Below, one piece after another: positions 39,895-50,211 of a DNA stretch of 64,000 bases. This DNA is from an uncultured virus (IMG/VR IMGVR_UViG_3300031132_000335) (lineage: Duplodnaviria > Heunggongvirae > Uroviricota > Caudoviricetes). Location of the stretch: the IMG/VR virus record IMGVR_UViG_3300031132_000335, one strand, 5' to 3'. The position numbers and the translations under genes are program-made. How positions within the stretch are numbered: the first letter of the stretch is position 1; each line of letters opens with the position of its first letter. The notes beneath the pieces are model-generated. The model was not told the origin of the DNA, searched no databases, and was given only the letters and a program-made list of their open reading frames with translations.

Positions 39895-40515
39895 TTAGGA
39901 CTTCTTGCGAAGTGTCGCCTCAGCATCAGTAGCAACGTCAAAGAGCTGGTAGCTGTCCTCAGTAACTTCAACCCAACGGTAGGCTTTCATCTTCTCGCCT
40001 GATCCAAGACGGAAATCAGACCCATAGGAGTTCCATTCCACTACGTGGTCAGATGGCAGTACGTAGCGCTGCTTAGCCCATTGGTTAGCTCTGAACGCAG
40101 CCAGCAGCTCACTCTCCTTCTCGGACAGCTCCACCTGCTTGTCAAACTTCTTCTTTCTCCATACGGAAACACGAGCGATGAAGGTGAAGTAGGCGACAGT
40201 GACGATGATGCCACCAACGAAGAGGGAAGCAGGAACGTACAGGTTCAGTTTGAGGATGAGGGTGATGAGAGCTGGAACAGCGATGAGTGCGGGAAAGAAC
40301 CAAGCTTGGAAGCGAACCAGCTTGGAGTAACGAGCCTGCCAGTCAGCTCGGAGAAGAGCAATCTGTTCACGGACAGGATTGTCTGAGGATCGGTATTGCT
40401 CAGGGTGGAAGAAGTCATCCTTCTGAGCAGGGACAGCTGCACGGACGGTCTTTTTGAGTTCATCGTCACTCATCAGCAGTACTTGTTCTTCGGTCAACGC
40501 CATGATCGTCGTCAT
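39895..40515 (-). CDS. membrane protein (2 TM)
   Basis: Hydrophobic hairpin in mid-protein. Confidence 0.7.
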   Translation of the reverse strand: MTTIMALTEEQVLLMSDDELKKTVRAAVPAQKDDFFHPEQYRSSDNPVREQIALLRADWQARYSKLVRFQAWFFPALIAVPALITLILKLNLYVPASLFVGGIIVTVAYFTFIARVSVWRKKKFDKQVELSEKESELLAAFRANQWAKQRYVLPSDHVVEWNSYGSDFRLGSGEKMKAYRWVEVTEDSYQLFDVATDAEATLRKKS

Positions 40516-40808
40516 CTTCTTTCATCTTCAACCAGTAGGTCGGGGTTAGGGGGCGTAGAACCTATCGGATGACTGCACCCATGCCTGAGGTGATGAAAAA
40601 AGACATGAGTTCTATTAGGAGGTGAACCAATGAGTGTTCTAGTCGGCGAGCTCTCTCACCTCGGTGAGTATGTCATCAGACATCACTTCTTCACTTTTTT
40701 GAACAGAATCACACACTCTAGGTGCTCTAGCTGGATTAGTCATTGCATTGCCTCCTTTGTCGTGGTAGGCTCAGCTCATATCATTCCCCTACAACAAAGG
40801 ACGAACAC

Positions 40809-41159
40809 ATGGCTACCAGCAACATTTTCATCAACGGCAAGAGCGTCAGCATTTCAGGTCAGAGCATCAGCATCATCAACGGACAGGTTATCGTTGACGG
40901 CAAGCAGGTGAACTTGGATGACTACGCTGATGACACGAAGGTTTTCAACATCTCCGTTGAAGGGAACGTTGAGCGCATCTCTGGTGGTTTCGCAGACATC
41001 GCAGTGTCAGGTAACGCTGGTTCCGTGAACTCCCAGTCAGGCAGCGTGACGGTGGAGGGTGATGTCGCAGGTAGCGTCTCCACCATGTCAGGGTCTGTGC
41101 GAGTGCAGGGTGACATCAGCGGTAGCGTTTCCACGATGTCAGGTAGCATCAAGCGCTGA
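40809..41159 (+). CDS. beta-solenoid repeat protein (DUF4097-like)
   Basis: Repeats of VxGDxxGSVSTMSGS. Confidence 0.7.
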   Translation: MATSNIFINGKSVSISGQSISIINGQVIVDGKQVNLDDYADDTKVFNISVEGNVERISGGFADIAVSGNAGSVNSQSGSVTVEGDVAGSVSTMSGSVRVQGDISGSVSTMSGSIKR

Positions 41160-41185
41160 GTGAGTTGTTCTATCAAGGAGTAAAG

Positions 41186-41227
41186 CAAGGAAGGGGAGCT
41201 ACCGAATCAGGTAGCTCCCCTTCCTTG
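41186..41227. terminator. GGGGAGCTACC-family bidirectional terminator
   Basis: Perfect inverted repeat between convergent genes. Confidence 0.8.
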
Positions 41228-41476
41228 TCATCCAACTGTAACAAAGAGAGTATGAGAATCTACATGCACGCTCCTGTGTGCACGAGCATATGTCATGACG
41301 TACTTTGCATCGCCCCAACCAATGTGTTCAGTACGAACCATTTGTTTCATCACTTCTTTTACTTTCAAAGGCATAGAAGAAGTCTTGATTAGATCGCGCA
41401 GCTGCTGAGTTAAGTACTCATACGCTTGCGCACGATCCTCATAGTTCATCCTGTCAATTGTCGTAGTAATGTGCAT
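41228..41476 (-). CDS. hypothetical protein
   Basis: SD AAGGAG. Confidence 0.6.
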   Translation of the reverse strand: MHITTTIDRMNYEDRAQAYEYLTQQLRDLIKTSSMPLKVKEVMKQMVRTEHIGWGDAKYVMTYARAHRSVHVDSHTLFVTVG

Positions 41477-41508
41477 GGTTTGACTCCTTCAAAGATGAGG
41501 CTGTTCTA

Positions 41509-41751
41509 CTATTCTACCAGTTCTAGCTCGGTGTAAGCCTTTTCCTCAGCTTTGGCGGCTACGAATGCATCCAGCTGTTCCCATGTGAAGTTCTTACTGC
41601 CGGCGAAACGCTCATCAATGATTTGACGGAACTGAGTTGAACCAACCGTCTCTGCGTAAGTGACTGGGGCGATGGAGACTTTGAAGGATGAACGGAAAGC
41701 GCGAGTCGGATTCACGAAGTCACCATCAGCAATTCCAGGGGAACTACCCAC
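41509..41751 (-). CDS. hypothetical protein
   Basis: ORF; start uncertain. Confidence 0.5.
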   Translation of the reverse strand: MGSSPGIADGDFVNPTRAFRSSFKVSIAPVTYAETVGSTQFRQIIDERFAGSKNFTWEQLDAFVAAKAEEKAYTELELVE

Positions 41752-41754
41752 TAT

Positions 41755-41960
41755 GCGCTACAAGTACCCCAGACTAATTCTGAGAGTTTTTACTTGTAGC
41801 GCCACGTTCTTGTGGGTATGTAATGCTTGCCACATTACATTTCCGCGACCTCCAAGGAGGAAGGGATGCTTGTATGCCATTCCCGATGGAATGGTGCAAC
41901 AGGATTGAACACCCTGTCTCGGAACCTAATGTCCGTCACCACTGAATCACTCAGCTGAAT
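41755..41960. ncRNA. candidate structured RNA
   Basis: Five consecutive hairpins in a gene-free gap. Confidence 0.4.
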
Positions 41961-42104
41961 TTGATAAGTTTATCACAACCATTTTTATACACTCATATTT
42001 GACTATCTCCGAAATTTACATCTTCTAAGCTGTTCCAGGTATAGGAAAAGGACAAGCCTGCAACTGAGTACAGTTGCAGGCTTGTCCTTTATGCTGTTGA
42101 GGGC

Positions 42105-42284
42105 TTAGAGCGCGAAGTACGCTTCCATCACGTCCGCAGGGGTAGCATCCGCAGAAACCTCAATGGAGTTCCCCGTCTCATGGCCGAAGCGCGTTTCCGC
42201 GTAACGAACAGTATCGTTCTCCGTGTAGCCGTCCTCACGAACGAGGAGGAGGTTCTGGTCTGCGTCAATGGTAAGGGTGGACAT
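42105..42284 (-). CDS. hypothetical protein
   Basis: SD AAGGAG before MSTLTIDAD. Confidence 0.65.
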   Translation of the reverse strand: MSTLTIDADQNLLLVREDGYTENDTVRYAETRFGHETGNSIEVSADATPADVMEAYFAL

Positions 42285-42437
42285 GAAGGTGTACTCCTTG
42301 ATGATAGCCAATACGAGGAGAGAAGCTTGATACTGTTGCTTCCCTTGTTGATGTACCAATCATAGCAGACAGCCTCTGGCTCACGCAACTCAAAACAGCC
42401 TGTTCATGGGGAAATCTTCCTCAGCTTTAGCAGTTGC

Positions 42438-42728
42438 TTAGCTCTCCCAGAGACCCTGATCCATACGAAGCTTGTACCACGTCAGCAGAGTCAGCGTTGC
42501 GTCTTCCAAGCTCGCGTACGGCCCCAGCGAGTCACCAGGAAGGTCCCATGGGTAAGCGTAGAAGAACGTATCCGATTCCGTGGCTTCCACGAACCCCAAC
42601 CAGCCGTAATCAGCATGCTGGCGCTCTTTACTCACCCAGACATCGTACAGAGTCGTGTCTAACTGGAAATGGCTCTCAGAGTCTTCTAAATACACTCCAC
42701 GGCTATCAGTGAAACCTTCTTCACTCAT
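42438..42728 (-). CDS. hypothetical protein
   Basis: Coupled to the upstream gene. Confidence 0.65.
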   Translation of the reverse strand: MSEEGFTDSRGVYLEDSESHFQLDTTLYDVWVSKERQHADYGWLGFVEATESDTFFYAYPWDLPGDSLGPYASLEDATLTLLTWYKLRMDQGLWES

Positions 42729-42731
42729 CCG

Positions 42732-43127
42732 TTATGCCTCTTTCGGAGTTTCCTGCTTGCTCTCTTCCAGGAGAGTCTGACCCATCTGCTCCATTGCAGC
42801 GGTTGCGTTCGTGAGGAGCGCAACGTAGTTCTCCACGAACTCCTCAGTCAGCGTGTCCAGCTTTGAGTTGGTTGCTACCACCAGCTCCTGCTGGGAAGCA
42901 TCCTGGGACTCAACTTGCAGCTCCTGGTCTTCCGTGAGGATAATGGTGAACTCAGCGCTGTTCACCCCTGTGAAGGTGAAACCAGTGAACTCCTTCTCGC
43001 CGTTCTCCTCAGCAATGGCAGCGGCGATGAACCCGTCAGCTGCAACCTCATCCATTCCGAGGTTCTGCTTGAAGATGTCCACCGTGTCATTCAGGTACTT
43101 GTCTTGCATTTTAATAGCAGTAGTCAT
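42732..43127 (-). CDS. acidic hypothetical protein
   Basis: Typical codon usage. Confidence 0.7.
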   Translation of the reverse strand: MTTAIKMQDKYLNDTVDIFKQNLGMDEVAADGFIAAAIAEENGEKEFTGFTFTGVNSAEFTIILTEDQELQVESQDASQQELVVATNSKLDTLTEEFVENYVALLTNATAAMEQMGQTLLEESKQETPKEA

Positions 43128-43239
43128 TGGTGTATTCTCTCAGATTTAGGCTAAGCATTATCTCAGCGCATCAGAAAAAGCTTACCGGAAAAGACTTATA
43201 TCTGCAACAAAGAATGTTTCATAGTATGGGAAAAGACAA

Positions 43240-43488
43240 TTACTGAGCCAAAGGGAGCATGGTTTGTGCGGTGGCGCACAGGGTTGGAGTGGAGTACTCA
43301 ACAACTTCATCCGCCAGTATCTGCTCCTGGTAGCTGAGACGGTTCTTGAAGAAACCTGTCTTCACCACGAGAGTCTGCACCAGCTGGACACGCACACGGT
43401 CACAACCAATCTGCTCCACACACCAACGGAACCCTTGGCCCAGATGCGGAAGGGTGTGGATGGGGATGGTGTGTGCTACCAGGCTCAT
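43240..43488 (-). CDS. hypothetical protein
   Basis: Leaderless TAGAAT-N6-ATG. Confidence 0.6.
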   Translation of the reverse strand: MSLVAHTIPIHTLPHLGQGFRWCVEQIGCDRVRVQLVQTLVVKTGFFKNRLSYQEQILADEVVEYSTPTLCATAQTMLPLAQ

Positions 43489-43578
43489 ATGTTCATTCTA
43501 ACCACGGATCATGAGAAAACGCGCATCCTCATCAGAAAAGTTGCTGAGGATGCGCGTTTTTAGGATTGAGCTACCTGG

Positions 43579-43923
43579 TCACGGAAGCGGCTGGACCTCG
43601 TAGTCCTTGTAGAGAAAGCCACCGAACGGGTCAGCGTTGAACAGTGCGGTCATGAAGTTCTCCGATGTGTCCAGGAAGTACTTCTTTGCCGTCTCCCCGT
43701 TGCTGAGCTTCGCAGGAGTCTTGTAGCTCGCAGGCTTGACCAGCTCAAAGGTGTCAAGGTCAATGAAAGCGTACACGCTCTTGTCGCGGATGATGCGGTC
43801 ATACTTGCGTCCACCTTCAATGGTGAACACGTTGTGCAGGTTACCGAACCCTGCATCTCGCTGCGGGAACTTTGTTGCGATGGCTTCCACGAACTCAATG
43901 GTGATGTTGTGAGGCTGGGACAT
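43579..43923 (-). CDS. conserved phage-type hypothetical protein
   Basis: GRKYDRI..SVYAFID..KPASYKTPAK; SD AAGGAG. Confidence 0.7.
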   Translation of the reverse strand: MSQPHNITIEFVEAIATKFPQRDAGFGNLHNVFTIEGGRKYDRIIRDKSVYAFIDLDTFELVKPASYKTPAKLSNGETAKKYFLDTSENFMTALFNADPFGGFLYKDYEVQPLP

Positions 43924-44013
43924 GGTGCGCTCCTTCACGGTTGATGATGAGTCCACTGTAACACAGAAGTGCGCCGAAAGGAACAGTCCTCCCGGCGCAC
44001 TATCAGTTTGGCC

Positions 44014-44448
44014 TTACTTGTTGAGAAGCGTCTTCAACTCAGCAAGAGTTGCTGCATCCAGACCGTTAACGAGGTCCTCAGCTTTCTCACGAGCAGTGTG
44101 CTTCTTCGCGGCTTCCATCATCTTGGACAGACTACCTTCAAATGGCCAGTTCTCATGCAGGAATGAAGTTGGTTCAATCCCTCCACGAGAGCTTGGTTCA
44201 GCCCAACCAGCTGCGATAAGAGCAGCTTCCTCTTCTGGTGTCACGGAGAGGTAATCAAGAAAGTCAACCAGTTTACTGATGAGCCTCAGGCTGATGGCGA
44301 CTTCACCTGACTTCTCAGGAGCGTTCCATTTCTTCATGAACTCATCATCATAGTGACGAGCAGGGATAACGTATGGAAGCATGACGTATGCTTCATACTC
44401 GGCTTTCAAGGGTGTTACAATGGTGAGTTCATCAAGCGTCAAAGCCAT
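44014..44448 (-). CDS. hypothetical protein
   Basis: SD AAGGAG. Confidence 0.65.
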   Translation of the reverse strand: MALTLDELTIVTPLKAEYEAYVMLPYVIPARHYDDEFMKKWNAPEKSGEVAISLRLISKLVDFLDYLSVTPEEEAALIAAGWAEPSSRGGIEPTSFLHENWPFEGSLSKMMEAAKKHTAREKAEDLVNGLDAATLAELKTLLNK

Positions 44449-44500
44449 GATGGGAACTCCTTTCAAAAGGGTATGGAAAAAAGACATGGAAGGCGAAGAG

Positions 44501-45184
44501 TTACTTCACCTGAGGAAGTGCATCCAAAGCTGATTGCACTTCCTGTCGGGCAGTGGGCAGAACGTCATTCAGTTCCAGGATTCGCTCCAACTGCTCGCGC
44601 ACTTCACCCAGCTTCTCATCGCCCTTGCTGCGAAGCTCAATGCCTGAGTAGCAGCCGTAGTTCCACATGAACTGCACCGAGGAAGGAGTGTCGTTCACCG
44701 CAGGGACATAAGTCAACTCAAAAGAATCCGAGTTATACCCACAGTACTCACATGAATACCCCTCAGTGACATCCACATATGATGCAACAATACTCGGAAA
44801 GACGCTGTTGAAGTCAACCAGCTTCTGACGGACATCCTTCGGGAAGGAGATTCCATAGCGAGCTTCAATAGCAGCGATGGTAGAATCCAAAGCTGCGAAG
44901 TCAGACTTCTCAGGAGTAGAAACCCATGACAGAGCTTCCTTCTCTGCCTCCGTCAAGCTCGGGTCAGCGACACGCAAAGCTGAGACGAAGAAGTCATCAA
45001 ACGTCTGGTACTCAGTCCAGCAGTATGTGTCATCCCCAGGAAGCTCAACAGTGTCCTGATACCAAGGGTCCACCTTGCGCTGTTCAGCGTCCCAAGAAGA
45101 CTCACCCTCAAAAGGGTTTGTGTCCGAGCCAAACTCGTCGCTATCAAACGCGTCAAAGTTTACGTAGTCGTATTCTGTGGTCAT
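44501..45184 (-). CDS. acidic hypothetical protein
   Basis: SD AAGGAGAG; CEYC. Confidence 0.7.
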   Translation of the reverse strand: MTTEYDYVNFDAFDSDEFGSDTNPFEGESSWDAEQRKVDPWYQDTVELPGDDTYCWTEYQTFDDFFVSALRVADPSLTEAEKEALSWVSTPEKSDFAALDSTIAAIEARYGISFPKDVRQKLVDFNSVFPSIVASYVDVTEGYSCEYCGYNSDSFELTYVPAVNDTPSSVQFMWNYGCYSGIELRSKGDEKLGEVREQLERILELNDVLPTARQEVQSALDALPQVK

Positions 45185-45354
45185 GATTCTCTCCTTCTAT
45201 GATCCTCAATGAAATATCATACCACAGTAGACCATGTTCTGGCAAGTAGCTGCGTCTCCGAAAAATCTTGGGAGAAGGTTGACATCAGCTGCGGACCGTG
45301 TAAGCTGAAACTATCAGGGAGGAACAGCCTCCCAAACTACTTTCAGGAGACACC

Positions 45355-45651
45355 ATGCACGCCAGTGAAGTTGCCGCCACCGTTGAGTCCACTGACTACC
45401 TTGACTTTGTTGAGCAGCAGCTGCTCACGGTCATCAGCAAGGAAGAGGCTCAGGACCTGGTTGTTGAGACGGGAGTGTTCCGTGGAACCAACCGTCGTGA
45501 CTTCCGAGGCTTCGCCGTTCGGGTGTACGACAAGAACAACGTCCTGGTGACCTCCAAGCGTTTCAGCCCGAACCGTGACCCGCAGGGCGCACTGACGAAG
45601 CTGGCCATCAAGAAGCTTGCTCGGAAGGCTCGGAAGGCTCGGAAGCGCTGA
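45355..45651 (+). CDS. hypothetical protein with basic tail
   Basis: TTGACA promoter, leader hairpin, SD. Confidence 0.7.
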   Translation: MHASEVAATVESTDYLDFVEQQLLTVISKEEAQDLVVETGVFRGTNRRDFRGFAVRVYDKNNVLVTSKRFSPNRDPQGALTKLAIKKLARKARKARKR

Positions 45652-45765
45652 CTCTCCCTCAATTGGGCAGCAAGTTGTTGCCCAATTGGATCATGTAGCT
45701 GGAACCTATCAATGTCAGAGGTTCCAGCTACTCTGGTTTAACACACAACATGAAGGAGAAAGAAC

Positions 45766-46023
45766 ATGGCGTTCCTGTACATTGATAAGCAGACTGGCAC
45801 TATCGGTGAACCGAGCCAGCTTGTACTGATTGAAGTTGGCAGTGAAGCAGAAGAGCTGGATGGCCTGTCAGACAGCGAAGTTGCTGGCTTCGCTGAGGAT
45901 GCAGCAAATGACTCTACTGGCATCGCTCTTACTGATGCTGTGGCGCTGCTACGTGAAGTCGCTGAGAAGCAGGGTGACTGGGAGGCTACGCTGGATTACG
46001 TCATCCAGTCGCTCTCTGAGTAG
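45766..46023 (+). CDS. hypothetical protein
   Basis: SD AAGGAG. Confidence 0.7.
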   Translation: MAFLYIDKQTGTIGEPSQLVLIEVGSEAEELDGLSDSEVAGFAEDAANDSTGIALTDAVALLREVAEKQGDWEATLDYVIQSLSE

Positions 46024-46111
46024 TTTGGTGTTGCGAAGCTCTGACAGGCGTGTTACATTGGAATCAATCAGCAAGAACAACCGTTCAACTTGAAGATGAA
46101 AGAAGACACTC

Positions 46112-46489
46112 ATGGGCAAGCACGCAGACGCTACCAACGAGACGACCTCAGACTTGGGCTGGGTTGACGGGTTCCACAAGGCTGTCGCCAAGTTCCTCCT
46201 CTCCAACGACCACCCGACCAGCGGTAGCGGTTGGGGCTTTCGGGTGGAGTTCAACAAGCTGACGGACTTCGCTGCCCACGTCCAGGAGTGTGGCATCGGT
46301 AAGGTTGATGACTTCACGCAGGATGCGGAGAGGATTAGCACGTTGGACACGTTTGACTCGGATGCTGGCTACCCCGCTATCATCACCAGTGCAACTATCA
46401 CCTGTGTTTGCGGTGAGCACAAGAAGCAGCTGAGCCACGAGGGTGGCGTGAACGAGGTTATCTGGGCAGTGTCCAATTCCGTGAACTGA
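46112..46489 (+). CDS. hypothetical protein
   Basis: Typical codon usage; promoter. Confidence 0.7.
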   Translation: MGKHADATNETTSDLGWVDGFHKAVAKFLLSNDHPTSGSGWGFRVEFNKLTDFAAHVQECGIGKVDDFTQDAERISTLDTFDSDAGYPAIITSATITCVCGEHKKQLSHEGGVNEVIWAVSNSVN

Positions 46490-46634
46490 GCGTAACCTGA
46501 AAGTACACTGCTGACAACAGGTTACTCAAAAGAGGGGCTACAAGACCTTTTCGTCTTGTAGCCCCTCTTTCTATTAATGGAGTGTGTTCTCAGTAAAGCG
46601 GACGATAAGGGTTGGCATATGACAAGGAGGAACC

Positions 46635-46970
46635 ATGAGTAAGAAGAAACCAACCGAGTATGAGAATCTGTTCGCTGTTGTTGACTTAGCCACAGTCCGA
46701 GGACCTGAGCTGTTCTTGGATAAGAAGTATTTGAAGAGCATTCCGAAGGAGGAGAAGGAGCTTCGCAAAGCGGTCAAAAAGTTTGTGAAAGCTCATAAGA
46801 CTGCATCCAAAGCTTTGTTGCAGCTATTGGAGAAAGACAAGTTCATTGCCGCAGCTCAGGACAATGCCTGGCATTCCCATGGGCATTCTGAGAACGGTTA
46901 CGGCGATTCGTATGCCGAGTTTGTGCAAGCAGCGCGTAAACGCTTCGGGAAAAACCCTGAACTTCCATAA
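46635..46970 (+). CDS. hypothetical protein
   Basis: SD AAGGAGG. Confidence 0.7.
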   Translation: MSKKKPTEYENLFAVVDLATVRGPELFLDKKYLKSIPKEEKELRKAVKKFVKAHKTASKALLQLLEKDKFIAAAQDNAWHSHGHSENGYGDSYAEFVQAARKRFGKNPELP

Positions 46971-47131
46971 GGCATTGCAGCTACCGGCGGTGAGCGCTCC
47001 AGACTCTAGAGTCTGGAGCGCTTTTATGTGCGTCAAAAATATGAGGTGTTTCCTCTGATGCCGATACAATGGATCAACCGACCTGGCGGCAACCCCAGGA
47101 TATTGAAAACAACTAAACGAAAGGGACAACC

Positions 47132-48202
47132 ATGTCCACAACACATCCTTCCCGTAAATACGTCACCTTAGATGATGTCCGAGCTACATACGACCGGAAG
47201 AACGATTCCATTCATCTCACCTCTGGAGACCCAGACGTTCAAGCCGGCGGATTCCACATCAGTTTGAACCGCGGCACACAGACGGAGAAAACACTCCGTG
47301 AGCTCCTCACAGATGAGGGAGTCATCAAAAACAAGTGGATTCTGTCCGCAGCTCCGGGCTTCCAGCCTCGTGCAGTTGTTCCTCAACGGAATGATCGGGG
47401 AGCCATCATCGCTCTTACCGGTCGCGGTGGGTCAGGCAAGACAACCGCTGCTATCCTCCTGGCACAGAGCCTTGGAGAACAAGGCCACAAGGTCGCTTTA
47501 GTTGACTTTGACCTCCGCGATGGGCAACTCAGTTATTACCTCACGGTCAACAGCCCAAGTATTTTGAACATGTATGTAAATAGCGGTGAGAATCTTGACC
47601 GTAAAACCCTTGAGCGCAGCCTTGTGCGCGCTCCTGGAACAAGGTTCTCTGCTTTGCTAGCCCCGAAGAATGGAAAAGGAGCTGAACAAATCTCGCAGCG
47701 GTTACAGCAAGATACCCTTATCCTCTTACAACAGATGTTTGATTACGTCATCGTTGACACAGCAGTCTCAATTAGACAGTGCGATCCCAAAGCTCCTGGA
47801 GCAGCTTTGTACAACATTGCTGACTCATTCCTCTATCTTATGTCTGGGACAAGATTAGAACAGGCTGATTATGTGCAGTGGCATAACGTTATGCAAGAAG
47901 AGTTTCGGTTTGATCCGAGACAATTAGGTGTTGTACTGAATCGTCACACTACCGAAAAAGTAACCAGCCTTGCTGGAATTTTTGGACGAGATGTAACACA
48001 GACTCCTGTGGAGACGCTCCGCGCACTTCCTCGTCACATTGTTGCACACACCCCTTTGGACTTGAAAGCCGTAAAGGCAGCTCTCAACGGAGACGAGGGA
48101 TTGTTTTCCATTTTGAAAGACAGAAACTCCCCTGTCACGAAAGGTATTCATCAGCTCAGCTTGGTGATTGCTGACCGCTTCAAAGTAGAAGACGAAGCGT
48201 AA
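47132..48202 (+). CDS. ParA/MinD/CpaE-like ATPase with extra N-terminal domain
   Basis: Deviant Walker A GRGGSGKTT, LVDFDL, FDYVIVDT, VLNR. Confidence 0.85.
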   Translation: MSTTHPSRKYVTLDDVRATYDRKNDSIHLTSGDPDVQAGGFHISLNRGTQTEKTLRELLTDEGVIKNKWILSAAPGFQPRAVVPQRNDRGAIIALTGRGGSGKTTAAILLAQSLGEQGHKVALVDFDLRDGQLSYYLTVNSPSILNMYVNSGENLDRKTLERSLVRAPGTRFSALLAPKNGKGAEQISQRLQQDTLILLQQMFDYVIVDTAVSIRQCDPKAPGAALYNIADSFLYLMSGTRLEQADYVQWHNVMQEEFRFDPRQLGVVLNRHTTEKVTSLAGIFGRDVTQTPVETLRALPRHIVAHTPLDLKAVKAALNGDEGLFSILKDRNSPVTKGIHQLSLVIADRFKVEDEA

Positions 48203-48263
48203 GACTACATGGAAAAGGACAGAAGCTCATACCAGCGAGCTTCTGTCCTTTTCTTCCGTTGGG

Positions 48264-48494
48264 TTACTTGACGCTGAGGACAGTTGCCTTCTCAGCACTC
48301 GTACCGTACGCCCATCGGCCACGGTCACGGTACAGAGTGACATCTTCAAACTCTGCCCGACGCTCGTCACCTTCGCCCTGGATGCGGACGAACTTCGTGT
48401 CCATCTCGTACGGGTCATTCCCGAACTGCTTGCTGCCGTGCATCTTCAGCACAACATCCTGCCCTGCGGCCAGCTTGTCAATACGAACAGCCAT
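48264..48494 (-). CDS. hypothetical protein
   Basis: SD AAGGAGAG before MAVRIDKL. Confidence 0.7.
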   Translation of the reverse strand: MAVRIDKLAAGQDVVLKMHGSKQFGNDPYEMDTKFVRIQGEGDERRAEFEDVTLYRDRGRWAYGTSAEKATVLSVK

Positions 48495-48602
48495 GATGCT
48501 CTCTCCTTCATCGTTTGCTTGAATAACCTCAGTGTAGCACAAGCCACCGACATCCGTTAACAAGAAAATCCCCTTCCGATGGTTTTCTCAGGAAGAGGAT
48601 TA

Positions 48603-48770
48603 CTACTGGTCACTGCTGCGGATAGCTGCTCGCTTCGCGGTAGAGCGAGTGCGTTGACGGTTCGGTCTCGCATCATGCGTTCCAGCTGCGTTAGAGGAGC
48701 GCAGCCCGTGCATTTCAACCGCGTACTTGTGGTTCTCCACACCGCGATGCTTCTGAGTCTTCTTACCCAT
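48603..48770 (-). CDS. small basic protein (not in ORF track)
   Basis: SD GGAGG; MGKKTQKH...LRSSNAAGTH...RQRTRSTAKRAAI. Confidence 0.65.
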   Translation of the reverse strand: MGKKTQKHRGVENHKYAVEMHGLRSSNAAGTHDARPNRQRTRSTAKRAAIRSSDQ

Positions 48771-48847
48771 GCTCTTTCCCTCCTTCCTGATCGTATTGGG
48801 GACTTGATATCAACATTATACTATCTGCTAATATTTCCGCAACAGGC

Positions 48848-48891
48848 AAAACTAAGGGGAGCTACCAACGCAGGTAGCTCCCCTTAGTTTT
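48848..48891. terminator. GGGGAGCTACC-family terminator
   Basis: AAAACTAAGGGGAGCTACC/GGTAGCTCCCCTTAGTTTT. Confidence 0.8.
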
Positions 48892-49313
48892 CAAGCCCAG
48901 TATGCGCTCTCATCAAAGGAAATGGGAGGAGAATAGTACGGGTAGTAACCATAAGGGTCCTCAGATGCCTTGCGGCATTCCTCCTTGTATTGAGCCTCGT
49001 ATGCATCAGACTGCTTTTTCCACCGAGCATAAGCAACCTCACGCTCAGCGTCCAGCTCAGCCTGACGCTGTTCATGCTGCTTGATTCGCTGCTGGTATTC
49101 CTGGTACTGAGCGAACTTGAAGAATCCAAACCCGAAGCTCACAACGCCGATTCCGAGGAGGAGTGCATTGCTATTCATCTGGTCGTTGACAAACTCAGGA
49201 GCTACCTGAGGCTGATTGAGCATGAGAATAATGGTGAAGGCCAGAAAACCTACACCAAAAATCATTCCGAGGATGCCAGCTGCACCGTCAGGGTCTTTGA
49301 GCATCTTCCACAT
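48891..49313 (-). CDS. membrane protein (2 TM + coiled coil)
   Basis: SD AAGGAG. Confidence 0.7.
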   Translation of the reverse strand: MWKMLKDPDGAAGILGMIFGVGFLAFTIILMLNQPQVAPEFVNDQMNSNALLLGIGVVSFGFGFFKFAQYQEYQQRIKQHEQRQAELDAEREVAYARWKKQSDAYEAQYKEECRKASEDPYGYYPYYSPPISFDESAYWA

Positions 49314-49487
49314 GAGGTTCTCCTTTTGTTCAAATGGAACACTTCTGCCACTGATGCTACACCACGATCCTGCGGAGTGCAACCGTTACAGGTGAAGAAT
49401 AAGGACAAGGCGCAGATTCAGGCAACGCTCAGGAAAAACTTCTGATGAGAGTTGACACTCTTGGATGCAGCGGCGTACACTGAACTC

Positions 49488-49790
49488 ATGACCGATTTTG
49501 AGACCACCACTCCTGCTGGCTACGTCACCGTTGAGGCGGCAGCGAACACGCGCACCGAGATGGGTACCTTCTGGGAGCTTCACCCTGACGTGACCATCAC
49601 GCTGACCGAGTACTCGGACGAGGGTTACGTCCTGAACGACATTGAGGTCAGCACCAACGCTGCTCTCTACGACCTGGACGTGATTACGGACAACCTGTTC
49701 CTCATCTACGGCAACGAAGACGGCAACAAGTTCCAGGGTGAAGCGCTTCTGGACCCGTGGACTCCTGTCCGCCTGGTTGACGCTCGCTAA
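49488..49790 (+). CDS. acidic hypothetical protein
   Basis: TTGACA..TACACT-N6-ATG, leaderless. Confidence 0.7.
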   Translation: MTDFETTTPAGYVTVEAAANTRTEMGTFWELHPDVTITLTEYSDEGYVLNDIEVSTNAALYDLDVITDNLFLIYGNEDGNKFQGEALLDPWTPVRLVDAR

Positions 49791-49842
49791 GCAACCAACA
49801 CGTAAGCCCCAACGTCACTACATTGACGTTGGGGCTTACTAC

Positions 49843-50100
49843 TTAAAGCAAGTCCATCTCAGCATAGACGCTCTTGCGAGGGTTCACGATGTGGATGCTC
49901 TTACCTGCGTTCTGCTCATCGTTCAAGAAGGCGTACACTGCGATAGCTCGTCGGACCGTTTCCGTAACAGAAAGACCTTTCTCGTCTTTGAGGCCCTTCA
50001 ACTGTTCTGTCGTCTCTGCATTCATCATCACACTCAAACGAGTGAGTGGTTCTGGCAGAGAACCTTCTGGATCAACTTCTGACTCATCAACATCCATCAT
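49843..50100 (-). CDS. ribbon-helix-helix (CopG-like) protein
   Basis: TRLSVMMNAETTEQLKGL...GLSVTETVRRAI. Confidence 0.7.
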   Translation of the reverse strand: MMDVDESEVDPEGSLPEPLTRLSVMMNAETTEQLKGLKDEKGLSVTETVRRAIAVYAFLNDEQNAGKSIHIVNPRKSVYAEMDLL

Positions 50101-50211
50101 GAGCTCCTCCTTTTACGTCAAGGAGTTCATCCTACCATTGTTCGCTACTGGATCAAAAAATTGGGGAGTAAGCTGTATTGTCAGCTCACTCCCCAATCCT
50201 GATGTCGGACA

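Noticed and set aside
45612..45648. Short tandem repeat GCTCGGAAG x3
   Set aside because: Simply encodes a basic ARK tail; no sign of wider significance.
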